Notes: generated by a model from the letters alone, not told the origin. DNA of 64,000 nt from Rhodobacterales bacterium (GCA_031384005.1 JANNAF010000378.1:1737-65736), one strand, 5' to 3'. Counted from the stretch's first letter, positions 9,680-19,947 are shown. Numbers and translations: made by a program.

Positions 9680-11776
9680 GTGGCAGACACCATTCCGCAA
9701 GACATCCTGAATGCACTGACGGATGTAGACATGCCCCGCCTTGGGACCGAGCCCGAGATCGAAACCAAGGTGGTGGTGCAGGGTTATCACGTTCCGGTTC
9801 ATGCCTGTGGCGCGGTCATCTTGGGCAGCGGTGCTGCCGGGCTGCGGGCGGCGGTCGAGTTGAAACGGCGCGGTGCCGATGTGGTGGTGATCAGCCAAAG
9901 CGCGTGGGGCGGCACCTCGGCCTGCTCGGGGTCAGATAAACAGACGGTTCACACCGCCAACACCTCGGATCGGGGGGACAATTTCAAAGAGATGGCCCGT
10001 GCGATCCGGGCCGGCGGGGCGATGGACGAGGACACCGCCTATGTCGAGGCGGTGGGGTCGGTGCGGGCGATGGCGTCGCTGCAATTTCTTGGGCTGCCGC
10101 TGCCGCAGGACGATTTCGGCGGTACGCTGCGCTATCAGACCGACCATGACGATGTGGGCCGCGCCACAAGTTGCGGGCCGCGCACCTCGCGGTTGATGGT
10201 TCGGGTCTTGGCAACCGAGGCGATCCGGTTGGGGGTTCCTGTTTTCAATCAGACGACGGGGGTTCGCATTCTGGTCGAGGGTCAGGCAGATCAGCGCAGG
10301 GTGGCGGGCATTCTGGCGGTGCGGCCAAAGGCCCAGACACCGGAAAATCCTTATGGTCTGACGCTGTTTCGCTGTGGGGCGTTGATCATCGCGGCGGGCG
10401 GCCCGGGCGAGCTTTATCGCGACTCGGTGTTTCCGAACGGTTGTTTTGGTTCTTTGGGTTTGGCACTGGAGGCGGGCGTCGATCTGGTGAACCTGACCGA
10501 AAGTCAGTTTGGCATCGGCACAAGACGCGAGGGGTTTCCGTGGAACTTGTCGGGCACCTATGTTCAGGCAATGCCTTATGTCTTTTCGTTGGACAAGCAC
10601 GGCACCGAGCATAACTTTTTGGCCGAGTATTACCGCACCACGCAGGAACTGGCGTCCAACATCTTTCGCAAAGGCTATCAGTGGCCGTTTCATGCCACCC
10701 GGATGCTGGACTTTGGGTCCAGTCTGGTTGACCTGGCGATCACGCGTGAAGGTCAGGCCGGGCGGCGGGTGTTCATGGATTTCAACCGCAACCCACTGGC
10801 GGTACCCGGCGATCTGCCCTTCAGCCTTGACCGGCTGGATGCCGACGTTGCCGCCTATCTGGGCAAGGCGGGTGCGGTGCAGGGGCTGCCCATTGACCGG
10901 CTGCGCCATATGAACCCGCTCTCGATCGAGCTTTACCTGCGGTACAAGGTTGATATCCGGCGCGACCCGCTGGAATTTGCGGTCAACAACCAGCATATGA
11001 ACGGCGGAATTGCGGTTGATACATGGGGGCGCAGCACTTTGGCCGGGCTTTATGCCATTGGCGAGGCGGCTGGGACCCATGGGGTCACACGGCCCGGTGG
11101 GGCGGCGTTGAACGCGGGGCAGGTGTTGGGGACCCGAGTGGCCGAACATATCGCGGCAGACGGACGGGCGACTGCCGCGCCAAAGGGGCCGGTTGACGCA
11201 CCGCTTGACGAGGCAATAAAGCAGATCAAGCAGGTTCTTCGGGCAGGCAGTGCGCTGAACATGCAGGTAATAAAGGACCAGATTCAGGCAAGGATGAGCG
11301 ACCATGCCGGAATATTATGTGCGCCGCAGGCTGTCGCCGCGGCGCTGCAGGCGGCAGCACAACTGAACCACGCGATCCGTGCCAGTGGCATTTCGTTCAC
11401 GCGCAGCGGCGAGATTGCACGGGTTTTGCAATGGCAGCAAATGGCATTGGCATCGCAGGCGGTGCTGGCCGCTTTGTATCACTATATTGTTCAAGGCGGC
11501 GGCAGTCGTGGCGCGCGGGCGATCTGTGACCCCGCAGGCGAGGCCACGCCGATGGCCAGATCGGGCCCCTTGCACGATGTGCGTTTCCGAAAGGAACGCG
11601 GGCAGGATCAGGGCGCGCAGATTTTGGTCCGTCTGGTGGACGGTGAATTCCAGCTTTCCTCGCGCCCCAACCGCCGCTTTGACGAAGCAGCCAAACCGTT
11701 TTTCGAACGGGATTGGCCGGCTTGGCTGACCGGTGCGGTGTTTCATCTGGACCAAGGACCGGCGGGCCATGATTGA
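9680..11776 (+). CDS. FAD-binding protein, SdhA/FrdA/NadB flavoprotein family
   Basis: GSGAAG; QHMNGG; GLYAIGEAAGTHGVTRPGGAAL; SRGA; start uncertain (9665/9680/9731). Confidence 0.8.
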   Translation: MADTIPQDILNALTDVDMPRLGTEPEIETKVVVQGYHVPVHACGAVILGSGAAGLRAAVELKRRGADVVVISQSAWGGTSACSGSDKQTVHTANTSDRGDNFKEMARAIRAGGAMDEDTAYVEAVGSVRAMASLQFLGLPLPQDDFGGTLRYQTDHDDVGRATSCGPRTSRLMVRVLATEAIRLGVPVFNQTTGVRILVEGQADQRRVAGILAVRPKAQTPENPYGLTLFRCGALIIAAGGPGELYRDSVFPNGCFGSLGLALEAGVDLVNLTESQFGIGTRREGFPWNLSGTYVQAMPYVFSLDKHGTEHNFLAEYYRTTQELASNIFRKGYQWPFHATRMLDFGSSLVDLAITREGQAGRRVFMDFNRNPLAVPGDLPFSLDRLDADVAAYLGKAGAVQGLPIDRLRHMNPLSIELYLRYKVDIRRDPLEFAVNNQHMNGGIAVDTWGRSTLAGLYAIGEAAGTHGVTRPGGAALNAGQVLGTRVAEHIAADGRATAAPKGPVDAPLDEAIKQIKQVLRAGSALNMQVIKDQIQARMSDHAGILCAPQAVAAALQAAAQLNHAIRASGISFTRSGEIARVLQWQQMALASQAVLAALYHYIVQGGGSRGARAICDPAGEATPMARSGPLHDVRFRKERGQDQGAQILVRLVDGEFQLSSRPNRRFDEAAKPFFERDWPAWLTGAVFHLDQGPAGHD

Positions 11777-12698
11777 ATTCATCAATTTGAATACAGTGGC
11801 TGTCGGCGAAGCGATGGTAGAGTTGGCCCCGGTTGGCGGCGCATTGTACCGGCGCGGTTTTGCAGGCGACACCTTCAACACTGCCTGGCATATGGCGCAG
11901 GCGTTGCAGGGCCGCGCATCGGTAGGCTTTGCCACCCGGGTTGGGCAGGACGGTATTTCCGATGATTTTATCGCCGAACTGACGGCGGATGGTCTGGACG
12001 TGTCAGTCATCGGGCGCGATCCGCTGCGCAACATGGCGCTATATCTGATCGAACTGAACGGGGTCGAGCGCAGCTTTCATTATTGGCGCGACAGTTCCGC
12101 CGCACGAGGCTTGGCCGCTGACCCAAGCGCCCTGGCGCAGGCTTTTGCCGGGGTCGGGCTGATCCATCTGTCAGGTATCACATTGGCGATCCTGTCCCCA
12201 GCTGACCGCGAAACGCTGTTTGCCGCGCTGGCCATGGCAAGGAAAAATGGGGCGCGGGTTTCGTTTGATCCGAACATTCGGCCCCGGCTGTGGTCGTCGA
12301 TGACCGAGGTGCGGCAAACGATTCCGCAGGTGCTGGCGCTGACCGACATTGCCCTGCCCAGCTTTGACGACGAAGCGGTGGTCTGGGGTGACGCGACATC
12401 GCAGGCGACCATTGCGCGTTTTGCAACCGCGGGCGTTGCCGAAATTGCGGTCAAGGATGGGGCAGGGCCGGTTTCAGTCTGGTCAGACGGTCAGATCAAC
12501 ACCCTGCCAACACCAGAGGTTCCCGGCATCTGCGATACCACCGGGGCAGGTGACGGGTTCAACGCGGGCTATCTCTCGGCCCGTTTGCTGGGTCAGACGC
12601 CGGAAGCGGCCGTCGCTGCCGGGCAAAGATTTTCGGGCGAGGTGATCCGGCATTTTGGCGCGCGTCTGCAAAAGGCCTTGATCCCCTCACTGGCGTAA
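11769..12698 (+). CDS. kdgK: PfkB sugar kinase, 2-keto-3-deoxygluconate kinase-like
   Basis: VGEAMVEL, FAGDTFNTA, FDPNIRPRLW, DTTGAGDGFNAG. Confidence 0.8.
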   Translation: MIEFINLNTVAVGEAMVELAPVGGALYRRGFAGDTFNTAWHMAQALQGRASVGFATRVGQDGISDDFIAELTADGLDVSVIGRDPLRNMALYLIELNGVERSFHYWRDSSAARGLAADPSALAQAFAGVGLIHLSGITLAILSPADRETLFAALAMARKNGARVSFDPNIRPRLWSSMTEVRQTIPQVLALTDIALPSFDDEAVVWGDATSQATIARFATAGVAEIAVKDGAGPVSVWSDGQINTLPTPEVPGICDTTGAGDGFNAGYLSARLLGQTPEAAVAAGQRFSGEVIRHFGARLQKALIPSLA

Positions 12699-12993
12699 GA
12701 CGGTTCAACCGCCACACAACTGGCGCACGTGGCCAGCCGTAGCGGCGGCAATCTTTCGCAGCCGGGACGGCAGTTGGGGGCAATCCATGTGCCACCAACC
12801 GCACGAACCGGCCCATATTCCGGCCAATATCCCGGCCGATTGGAAAGGTTGATGCAGATGGCGGCAAGGCATTACGACAGGTTACCCCGATGCCGCTTGG
12901 TCCACCGCTTGCCAGCACGTCGGCAAAATGCAGCACGCCAGCCGTTGCGATGGGCGGCACCCCGCCAAATGGTGGCAACCTGACCGACAACGA

Positions 12994-14022
12994 TCATGTC
13001 AAACTGCCAGAACCGTGCCCACTGGACTGGCGAATACAAAGGCTGACCGCAGTGCGGGTCTCGGGCGGGGGGGCGTTGCCGTTTTCCAGCCAGCCCACAA
13101 CGGTCAGTGCGGCTTGCACTCCGATCCCGGCAATATCGCAGCGCACCGAAGAAAGCGACGGATAGGCCTGCGCCACCTCTTCGATATCGTCAAATCCCAT
13201 GATCAGGAAATCCGTCCCGACGCGCCAGCCGACCTCGTGGCAGCCTGAGAGCATCCCCAAGGCCACCAGGTCATTGAAACACACGGCAGCATCCACGCCG
13301 GCACGGTCGGCGAACAGCTGGCGGGCGGCGTCGCGACCAAACGCGCGGCTGGCCTTGCCAGTCATGATGATTGGCTCCAATCCCTGTTGCGCCAGAACGT
13401 CCAGATAGCCCGCCTTGCGTTCTTCGGTCACGGCGCGGCCATCCAGACCGCCGACAAAGGCGATGCGGCGTGCCCCTGCGGCAATCAAATGCCGCGTCGC
13501 ATCGCGGCTGCCTGTCAGGTAGTCGGGCGCAATCAGAGGGAAAAGATCCAACCGCTCATCCACATGGCGCAGCATCTGCATGGTGGGAATTGCGCCGCGC
13601 GCAAGGGCGTCAAAGGTGGCACGTGTCTCGCCGTAAGCCGGGCAGATGATCAACGCCGACACGCCATGTTCAATCATGGACCCCACGACCTGATCCTGCA
13701 ATTCAGGGCTTTCGTCGGTGTTGGCGATGACAGTTGAATACCCCCTTTCGGCGAGCGCCATCTGCAACGAGGTGGCGAATTCGGTAAAGAAAGGGTTGCG
13801 CAGGTCGTTGATCACAAGGCCGATCAACCCGGCATTCGACATCCGCATGTTGGCGGCGGCGCGGTTGTAGACATAGCCGATCTCGGCCATCGCCTTTCGC
13901 ACCAGCAGCCGCGTTTCCTCGCGCACAGAGGGGCTGTTTTGCAAAACAAGGCTGACCGTTGATTTCGAGATGCCAGCATGCTTGGCCACGTCGATAATGG
14001 TCGGTCGGCGGTTGATCTTCAT
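12994..14022 (-). CDS. LacI family transcriptional regulator
   Basis: PTIIDVAKHAGISKSTVSLVL HTH; CFNDLVALG; GFDD. Confidence 0.92.
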   Translation of the reverse strand: MKINRRPTIIDVAKHAGISKSTVSLVLQNSPSVREETRLLVRKAMAEIGYVYNRAAANMRMSNAGLIGLVINDLRNPFFTEFATSLQMALAERGYSTVIANTDESPELQDQVVGSMIEHGVSALIICPAYGETRATFDALARGAIPTMQMLRHVDERLDLFPLIAPDYLTGSRDATRHLIAAGARRIAFVGGLDGRAVTEERKAGYLDVLAQQGLEPIIMTGKASRAFGRDAARQLFADRAGVDAAVCFNDLVALGMLSGCHEVGWRVGTDFLIMGFDDIEEVAQAYPSLSSVRCDIAGIGVQAALTVVGWLENGNAPPPETRTAVSLCIRQSSGHGSGSLT

Positions 14023-14444
14023 CTCGTCCAAACCCATCGCATTGCTTGCCGACACTTTTGTCGCCGAACGCAATATGACCTACTACGCAAGTGTTGAACA
14101 GGTTTTCGGGTGATGAACCGCCTGTAAGCACCCTGTGGCCGGATTTGATGTGGTTTCAGTCGATTTCAGCGGCCGGTTGTCCGTCATGGGCGCATTAGGC
14201 CGCAGGTGGTTGCAAGACGTGACCCCGCGCCCGACGCCGGCCTTGGCGCAAGACGCGGTAACCCCGGCGTACAAGGGCACGCACTGATCTTGCAGGGGCC
14301 GCCGCAACCGATGGATCAAAATGGTTATCGCGGTATCCGGCCTTGCCGTCGGTGACCGGCAGATGACCTGACCCAACGCGTGGCATTGTCGCGAAAGGGG
14401 GGGCGTCAGATATATGGAACAGGGTTTTCAATGCGCGTTCAAGT

Positions 14445-14548
14445 GGAGGCCGAATCCGGCGAGGGCGCCCCCTCTTTGAACCAGTCTTACCCCCGGGAAA
14501 CCACCCGCTGATCCCGGCCCCAGGTCTGCGGGTTTCCGTTTTGCTTTA
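14445..14548 (+). ncRNA. Candidate small RNA (two hairpins, T-rich tail)
   Basis: Follows GGAAC-N15-CGTT (14416-14439); C-rich linker; stem GGAAACC-ACCCGC...GCGGGTTTCC then GTTTTGCTTT; no plausible ORF. Confidence 0.3.
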
Positions 14549-14611
14549 CTGTTCAGGATCTCGGGCGGGGTTGGATGTTCAGGCCAGACGCTGAACACCA
14601 TCAACTCTTTT

Positions 14612-14637
14612 GGAACCATTTCTGCAACTTGCGCATT
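14612..14637 (+). promoter_or_regulatory. EcfG-type promoter of the crp-like gene
   Basis: GGAAC-N17-CATT about 50 bp before ATG 14686. Confidence 0.55.
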
Positions 14638-14685
14638 GTGAGGGTGGAAGCTGACAAAACAAATTGTCAAGAACAGGGGATCGCA

Positions 14686-15441
14686 ATGTTGAACCAGCAG
14701 AGCCCATTGGCGCGCAAACTCGCCAGCTTTATCACACTGTCCTTGCCCGAGACGAATGCGCTGGAGGCCCTGCACGGGCGGCGCAAAACATATGTGTCCG
14801 GGCGTGATCTGGTACATCAGGGGCAGCCGAACCAACCAGCATACATCCTGGCTGACGGATGGGCATGTTCGTACCGGTTGCTGGCAAGTGGCGGGCGGCA
14901 GATCGTGGACTTTCAAATCCCAGGCGATTTTCCCGGCATGCGGTCGATCCTTAGTCGTACCGCCGGGCTGAGCGTCGAGCCTTTGACCAGAGTTCAGGCG
15001 TCACCAATGAGCGCGCACGAACTGACAGAGGTGCTTGCGCGCATGCCGCGGCTTGGTACGGCGCTGCTTTGGGCCGCATCGCGCGAAGATGCCATGGTGA
15101 TCGAGCATCTGGTTGGGGTTGGGCGGCGCAATGCCGTTGAACGAACAGCGCATCTGTTGCTGGAATTGGGCGCACGGCTGGCCCTTGTCGGATTGGGTAC
15201 AAAAAGCGGATACGCCTGTCCCCTGTCGCAATACCTGCTTGCCGATGCCCTTGGTCTAAGCGCCGTTCACGTGAACCGCGTCCTGCGCGAGTTGCGCGAA
15301 GAAGGGTTGGTGATCTTTCGCAACGGGCAGGTCGAGTTCACTGATTTCGCAGGTCTGGTCGAACTTTCGGGGTTTGACGCCGACTATCTTGACCAGGAAG
15401 GGCCGCTTTACAAAGGTATGCCGTCCACGATGGCCGCATAG
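14686..15441 (+). CDS. Crp/Fnr family transcriptional regulator
   Basis: cNMP-like domain (GGRQIVDFQIPGDF); HTH LSQYLLADALGLSAVHVNRVLRELR. Confidence 0.9.
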   Translation: MLNQQSPLARKLASFITLSLPETNALEALHGRRKTYVSGRDLVHQGQPNQPAYILADGWACSYRLLASGGRQIVDFQIPGDFPGMRSILSRTAGLSVEPLTRVQASPMSAHELTEVLARMPRLGTALLWAASREDAMVIEHLVGVGRRNAVERTAHLLLELGARLALVGLGTKSGYACPLSQYLLADALGLSAVHVNRVLRELREEGLVIFRNGQVEFTDFAGLVELSGFDADYLDQEGPLYKGMPSTMAA

Positions 15442-15456
15442 GTCCGGTGGTCGGCA

Positions 15457-17208
15457 TCACTTGGCGGGGGACTGTACCGCCACCAAGCCGTTGGGCTTGA
15501 ACTTGGCAGACAAGTGAAACCTGTCGTCGGCGGGGTCCAGTCCCGAGTGACATTCGGCAGCTAGCTGGTCGCCAAAGGCGCGGATCATGTCCATGCCCAG
15601 CTGTGTGCCCGGCGTGCCGCCACCTGCGCCGCGCACAACGGTACCCGTGGTGTTCACAACACAGAAATGAATCAAATCGCCCTGCCAAGTCAGTGAGATG
15701 TCGATGGTGGGCGGGCCGTTCTTGGGCTTGCCCACATATTTCAGCGCGTTGGTGATGCTTTCGTTGGCAAGCAGAGACAGGGGGCCGATCTGATCTGCGT
15801 GCAGCATGGCCACCTCGAAATGGGTGGTGATTTGAACGGCATGGCCCGGTTCCAGATTTACGCTGGCCAACCTGTCCGCAATCAAACCGATCAAAAGATC
15901 CGCGCGCACGTCCTCGATATCGCCATTCGAATACAGGCTTTGATCAACGATGGCGATGCTGAGAACCCGGTCTTGCAGGCTGCGCAGAACCCTGCCGATT
16001 TCGGGATTATCGGTCTTGCGGCGCTGGATGCTGATGATCGATGAAATCATCTGCAGATTGTTTTTGATGCGGTGATGCACCTCGCGCAGCAACAAGAGTT
16101 TGCCCTCGGCGGTTACCGCAAGAGCGGCTTCCTTGCGGGCGACGATCAACTCCAGCTTGTTGAAGGTGTTGACGGTCTCTTGGATTTCCAGTGCAGCGCC
16201 CGGTGCAAGCACAATCGAGGCGTTACGCTGCCCCAACGCAAAGCGGCGCATCTCGTCGCGCAGCATCTTGACCGGCCGGATCACCAAACGCCGCGCCGCA
16301 AACAAGGCTGTCGCCATCCCGGCAAGCCAGGTGATCAGCGGAAAGACGACGGCACGCGCCCAGGCCTGGTCAATCTGGCTGACCGAGTTGTCCTGCGGCC
16401 AGATACCGATGGCAAACAGGGCGTCGGGAATCAGTGTCACCTTCACAAAACCGGAACGGGTGCCTGAACTGTCGGTTGCTTCAACATAGCCGTCTGGGCG
16501 GGTCAGCAAATGGTCTGTGTTCGCGTCGGCTGGCAAACGGTCCGCCACCCCTTGAAAATCCAGCGTAGAGGTCAGAACGGTGCCGTTTGTGCTGTAAAGG
16601 ACGACTTCGCTGGGATTTTGAATACCCGCGGGATTCCGGACAGGTGGCAGCACAAAGGATTGCAGAACAAAGGCCAGATACCCGACAAGTGATCCGTTTT
16701 CGCGAACGGGCTGCAAGACACGCAACACGGCCGCCATGCTGCCACCAAGGCGGGTGACCGTCGGCTCGGGATTCTCAAGGAACCGACTATGGGTCCCGTC
16801 GATGCGCAGGTCGCGCGTCAGGCCATCCGATGCACAGCGCGCAACACCGTCCAAGGGAACAAAGGATACTGACTGAAAGACCGGGTGCCTTGCGATGAAA
16901 CGCAATAGTTCTTCGCGGCATTGGGCCAGGTTGTTCCCGACCATGGGTGCAAGGGCAATCAAGGTCGGGTCGATTTGCAGACCCGCTGCAATCAGGCGAC
17001 GCTCTAGGGTGACACTCTCTTCGGTCAGCCCCAAAAGCAATGTTTCGGCCGACCGCCGGGTATCTTGCGAAAAGGCCAACGACTGCCAGACTGCGATCAC
17101 CCCGATGGGCAGCACCGCAAGCGACAGCAGTGCAAGCAACTGAAAGCTGATGCCGGTCACTGCGCGCGACAAACGGCCCTGAAAAGATGTCGGTCTGACA
17201 TCATCCAT
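15457..17208 (-). CDS. Membrane sensor histidine kinase (HisKA_2 type) of the GSR locus
   Basis: Two TM segments, HAMP-like linker, REVHHRIKNNLQ H-box, NESITNALKY N-box. Confidence 0.9.
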   Translation of the reverse strand: MDDVRPTSFQGRLSRAVTGISFQLLALLSLAVLPIGVIAVWQSLAFSQDTRRSAETLLLGLTEESVTLERRLIAAGLQIDPTLIALAPMVGNNLAQCREELLRFIARHPVFQSVSFVPLDGVARCASDGLTRDLRIDGTHSRFLENPEPTVTRLGGSMAAVLRVLQPVRENGSLVGYLAFVLQSFVLPPVRNPAGIQNPSEVVLYSTNGTVLTSTLDFQGVADRLPADANTDHLLTRPDGYVEATDSSGTRSGFVKVTLIPDALFAIGIWPQDNSVSQIDQAWARAVVFPLITWLAGMATALFAARRLVIRPVKMLRDEMRRFALGQRNASIVLAPGAALEIQETVNTFNKLELIVARKEAALAVTAEGKLLLLREVHHRIKNNLQMISSIISIQRRKTDNPEIGRVLRSLQDRVLSIAIVDQSLYSNGDIEDVRADLLIGLIADRLASVNLEPGHAVQITTHFEVAMLHADQIGPLSLLANESITNALKYVGKPKNGPPTIDISLTWQGDLIHFCVVNTTGTVVRGAGGGTPGTQLGMDMIRAFGDQLAAECHSGLDPADDRFHLSAKFKPNGLVAVQSPAK

Positions 17209-17758
17209 GAAGCGAAGTCTCGTGGCTGGCCACGGCTATCTGGATCGCATCAACCGGCATGATGCTGTCGCCCTCTTTCAGATCAAGCAATTCGACAAGA
17301 CGTTTGCGCCCGCGGCTGACCCGGCTTTTCACCGTGCCCACGGCACAACCGATGGTGGTTGCAGCCTCTTCGTAGGAAAATCCCAGCGCACCAACCAGAA
17401 CCAGAGCCTCGCGGTGTTCGTCGATCAGCTGTTCGAAACTGCGTTGAAAGTCGCGCATGGCAAGCGCGCTGTCATGGTTAGGCTTTTGCGACAATCGTTC
17501 GGCAAAGACGCCATCACTGTCTTGAACCTCGCGGCGGTGCTTGCGCAGGTCGGAATAAAAGCAATTGCGCAGGATCGTGAAAAGCCACGCCCGCAGGTTG
17601 GTGCCCTGGGTGAATCGGTCAAAGCTGGACCAGGCACGCATCACCGTTTCCTGTACCAAGTCGTCAGCGGCGGACCCATTCCGCGTCAAGCTAAGGGCAA
17701 AGCCACGCAAAGCGGGCAGGTGCACGATAAGCTGGTCCCGCGGATCGGTGCCGTTCAT
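17201..17758 (-). CDS. ecfG: ECF sigma factor EcfG (SigT/RpoE2)
   Basis: LRGFALSLTRNGSAADDLVQET, GTNLRAWLFTILRN, GTVKSRVSRGR; downstream of nepR. Confidence 0.93.
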   Translation of the reverse strand: MNGTDPRDQLIVHLPALRGFALSLTRNGSAADDLVQETVMRAWSSFDRFTQGTNLRAWLFTILRNCFYSDLRKHRREVQDSDGVFAERLSQKPNHDSALAMRDFQRSFEQLIDEHREALVLVGALGFSYEEAATTIGCAVGTVKSRVSRGRKRLVELLDLKEGDSIMPVDAIQIAVASHETSLHG

Positions 17759-17931
17759 GTTGAGGCATCCTTTTCTCGAAGCTGCTTCAACAGCTCTTGA
17801 AAGCGGTCCGGAATATCCTCTTTCACCTTCTCCGCATAGATCCGGCGCAGGTTCTCGTCGATCTGCTGTTGGACGCTGGGGGGCACTGTCGTTGGGGTCT
17901 TGGACTTGGATGGCATCGGGATGTTCATCAT
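17755..17931 (-). CDS. nepR: Anti-sigma factor NepR
   Basis: QIDENLRRIYAEKVKEDIPDRFQELLKQL core; ATGA overlap with ecfG; start 17931 or 17916. Confidence 0.9.
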   Translation of the reverse strand: MMNIPMPSKSKTPTTVPPSVQQQIDENLRRIYAEKVKEDIPDRFQELLKQLREKDAST

Positions 17932-17957
17932 TTCTGAGGTTTTCTTTTCAAAGTGGC

Positions 17958-17989
17958 GGAACCAAACGCGCAACAGGTCGTTTGGTTCC
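17958..17989. promoter_or_regulatory. Back-to-back EcfG promoters for phyR (+) and nepR-ecfG-HK (-)
   Basis: GGAACCAAACG-N10-CGTTTGGTTCC reads GGAAC-N16-CGTT on both strands. Confidence 0.85.
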
Positions 17990-18017
17990 GTAGAACCGCA
18001 AAGAAAAAGGACACAGC

Positions 18018-18854
18018 ATGGCGAATACAACCACCTCGGGATCTGAGGCGACAGGCCTTTCGCACGTCATCGCAGCAGAACTGCCGTACTTGCGGCGTCA
18101 CGCGCGTGCGCTGACCGGCAAACAGTCCACAGGTGATCGGTACGCCGCTGCGACCCTTGAGGCGATCTTGGCCGATCCATCAACCTTTGACATAGAAATC
18201 AGCCCACGGATTGCGTTGTTTCGTACTTTCCATGTGATTTGGTCCAGCGCGGGTGCGCCGATTTCAGAGAACGACAGCAATACCCTTGAACAACGCGCCC
18301 AGTTGCATCTGAGCGGCCTGACGAAAGACAGCCGCGAGGCGTTGCTTTTGTCCACGATCGAGGGGTTTGACAGCAACGAGCTTGGCCAAGTGCTGCAGAC
18401 CACGGCCGATGAAGCTGCGCAATTGGTGCAGACCGCGATGGTAGAGATGGAAAAATCTATCCGCGGCGCGGTCATGATCATCGAGGACGAGGCCTTTATC
18501 GCGATGGATATCGAAAGCATTGTGACAGGCATGGGGCACCGGGTAACCGGTATCGCGCGCACGCATGCCGGGGCCGTTGCCCTTGGGGCCAAAGACCGGC
18601 CTGACCTGATTTTGGCTGATATCAAACTTGCCGACAATTCCTCGGGGATTGATGCCGTGCGCGATTTGCTGGCATTGCTTGGCGATATCCCGGTCATCTT
18701 TATCACCGCTTTTCCAGACCGGTTGCTGACGGGCGCGCGGCCAGAGCCAACCTTTCTGATTGGCAAGCCTTTCACGGACGAGCAGGTGCGTTCGGCGGTC
18801 AGTCAGGCGATGTTCTTTGCCTCAACCGAGACCTTGCAGCACGCGGTCGCCTAG
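18018..18854 (+). CDS. phyR: PhyR anti-anti-sigma response regulator
   Basis: Sigma-like N-terminus (LPYLRRHARALTG) plus receiver (IIEDE, LILADIKLAD, FITAFP, KP). Confidence 0.93.
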   Translation: MANTTTSGSEATGLSHVIAAELPYLRRHARALTGKQSTGDRYAAATLEAILADPSTFDIEISPRIALFRTFHVIWSSAGAPISENDSNTLEQRAQLHLSGLTKDSREALLLSTIEGFDSNELGQVLQTTADEAAQLVQTAMVEMEKSIRGAVMIIEDEAFIAMDIESIVTGMGHRVTGIARTHAGAVALGAKDRPDLILADIKLADNSSGIDAVRDLLALLGDIPVIFITAFPDRLLTGARPEPTFLIGKPFTDEQVRSAVSQAMFFASTETLQHAVA

Positions 18855-19027
18855 GGATCATGCCGACCGGCGGTCTCAACTCCGACTAACTCAGGGCCAA
18901 ACAGCGGTGGTCTGGCACCGTCGGCGGCCCAACATTCCGGCACCACTCTCCGCAGCACGCCACAGCGCTGGGCTTTGGCTGACGCGCTGCGGCACGCAGA
19001 CTGAATGAATAGAATGGAAGGTTACAG

Positions 19028-19264
19028 ATGTCCCTTGGCAACGACGTGGCTGGTACCGCTGCCCTCGCAATCTGCGAGTCGCTCTTGTTAGCCCTGAACG
19101 ACCGCAATATCCTGCCGGAACATGAAATTCTGGGTGTGCTCAAGGACGCGGCGGCGGCACATGCGCAGGATCCGGGCGAGGATGGACTGGCCGAACTGCA
19201 CAGCCAGGTGGCTGTGTTGATCCACAAGATCCTCGACGGCGGAAACTCGGTTCGTCGGCGCTGA
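19028..19264 (+). CDS. Small hypothetical protein
   Basis: 78-aa ORF with GGAAGG RBS and helical, protein-like composition. Confidence 0.65.
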   Translation: MSLGNDVAGTAALAICESLLLALNDRNILPEHEILGVLKDAAAAHAQDPGEDGLAELHSQVAVLIHKILDGGNSVRRR

Positions 19265-19439
19265 TCACCCTGTCGGGCAGCATCATGCATTTGGTATCTG
19301 GGGTGTGGCGGGCCGGGGTGCGATGCGGCTCCGGCCCCGGCTCCGGCCCCGTGGCCGCCCCGGGGGCGAGCAAAGCCTGTCTCAAGCGGGGCTTGATCCG
19401 AGCTGAAACGGCCGCTCAGGTCAGGTTGAAAACCACGGC

Positions 19440-19764
19440 GCACTTGCAAAAAGGGATGCTGCCCAAGAAACGCTGTCTTTGAATGGCGTCCCAATCCTGC
19501 GGCCCCTTTTCGCACATGCGGGCGTAAGAGGGCGTCGCCCGTCCGCCCAACATGCGAGGTGTCGCGCCCCGGAACGGGGGGCGGATACGTGTGACTGTTG
19601 GGGTCGGGTCCAGCGCGGGCCGAGTGGCCTGCCCGGCAGGCAACAGCAACGAATGGCCCTTGCGCGCCTATCCGGTGTTCAGGCCAAAGGGGCTGCTTTT
19701 GGACGACCCCCTGTCCGCGCTGGACGCCAATCTGCGCGTCGAGAGACGCGACGAAATGCCGTGA
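19440..19764 (+). pseudogene. Relic of an ABC transporter ATP-binding subunit
   Basis: LPGRQQQRMALAR, then a frameshift to PKGLLLDDPLSALDANLR. Confidence 0.65.
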
Positions 19765-19921
19765 GTACGGCGCGCCAAAGGCTCTGCACAAAGATCACAG
19801 CCGCGTCGCATGTCAGGGGTGCCGATTGGTGCTCGGGAATCGCAGCCAAGCTGATGTGTGTTGGTTCAGCCCCGCCGCGCTGCGCGTAGGCTTTGGGAAC
19901 TGCAGGGAATAACTTTGTCAT

Positions 19922-19947
19922 GGAACCAGATCCAAGGTTCGCCAGTT
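19922..19947 (+). promoter_or_regulatory. Possible EcfG-type promoter of the galU'-smallORF-ndvB unit
   Basis: GGAAC-N17-AGTT upstream of RBS CAGGAG and ATG 19984. Confidence 0.4.

Noticed and set aside
12699-12993. Possible IlvD/Edd dehydratase relic (AMGGTP)
   Set aside because: Similarity is too weak to support by eye
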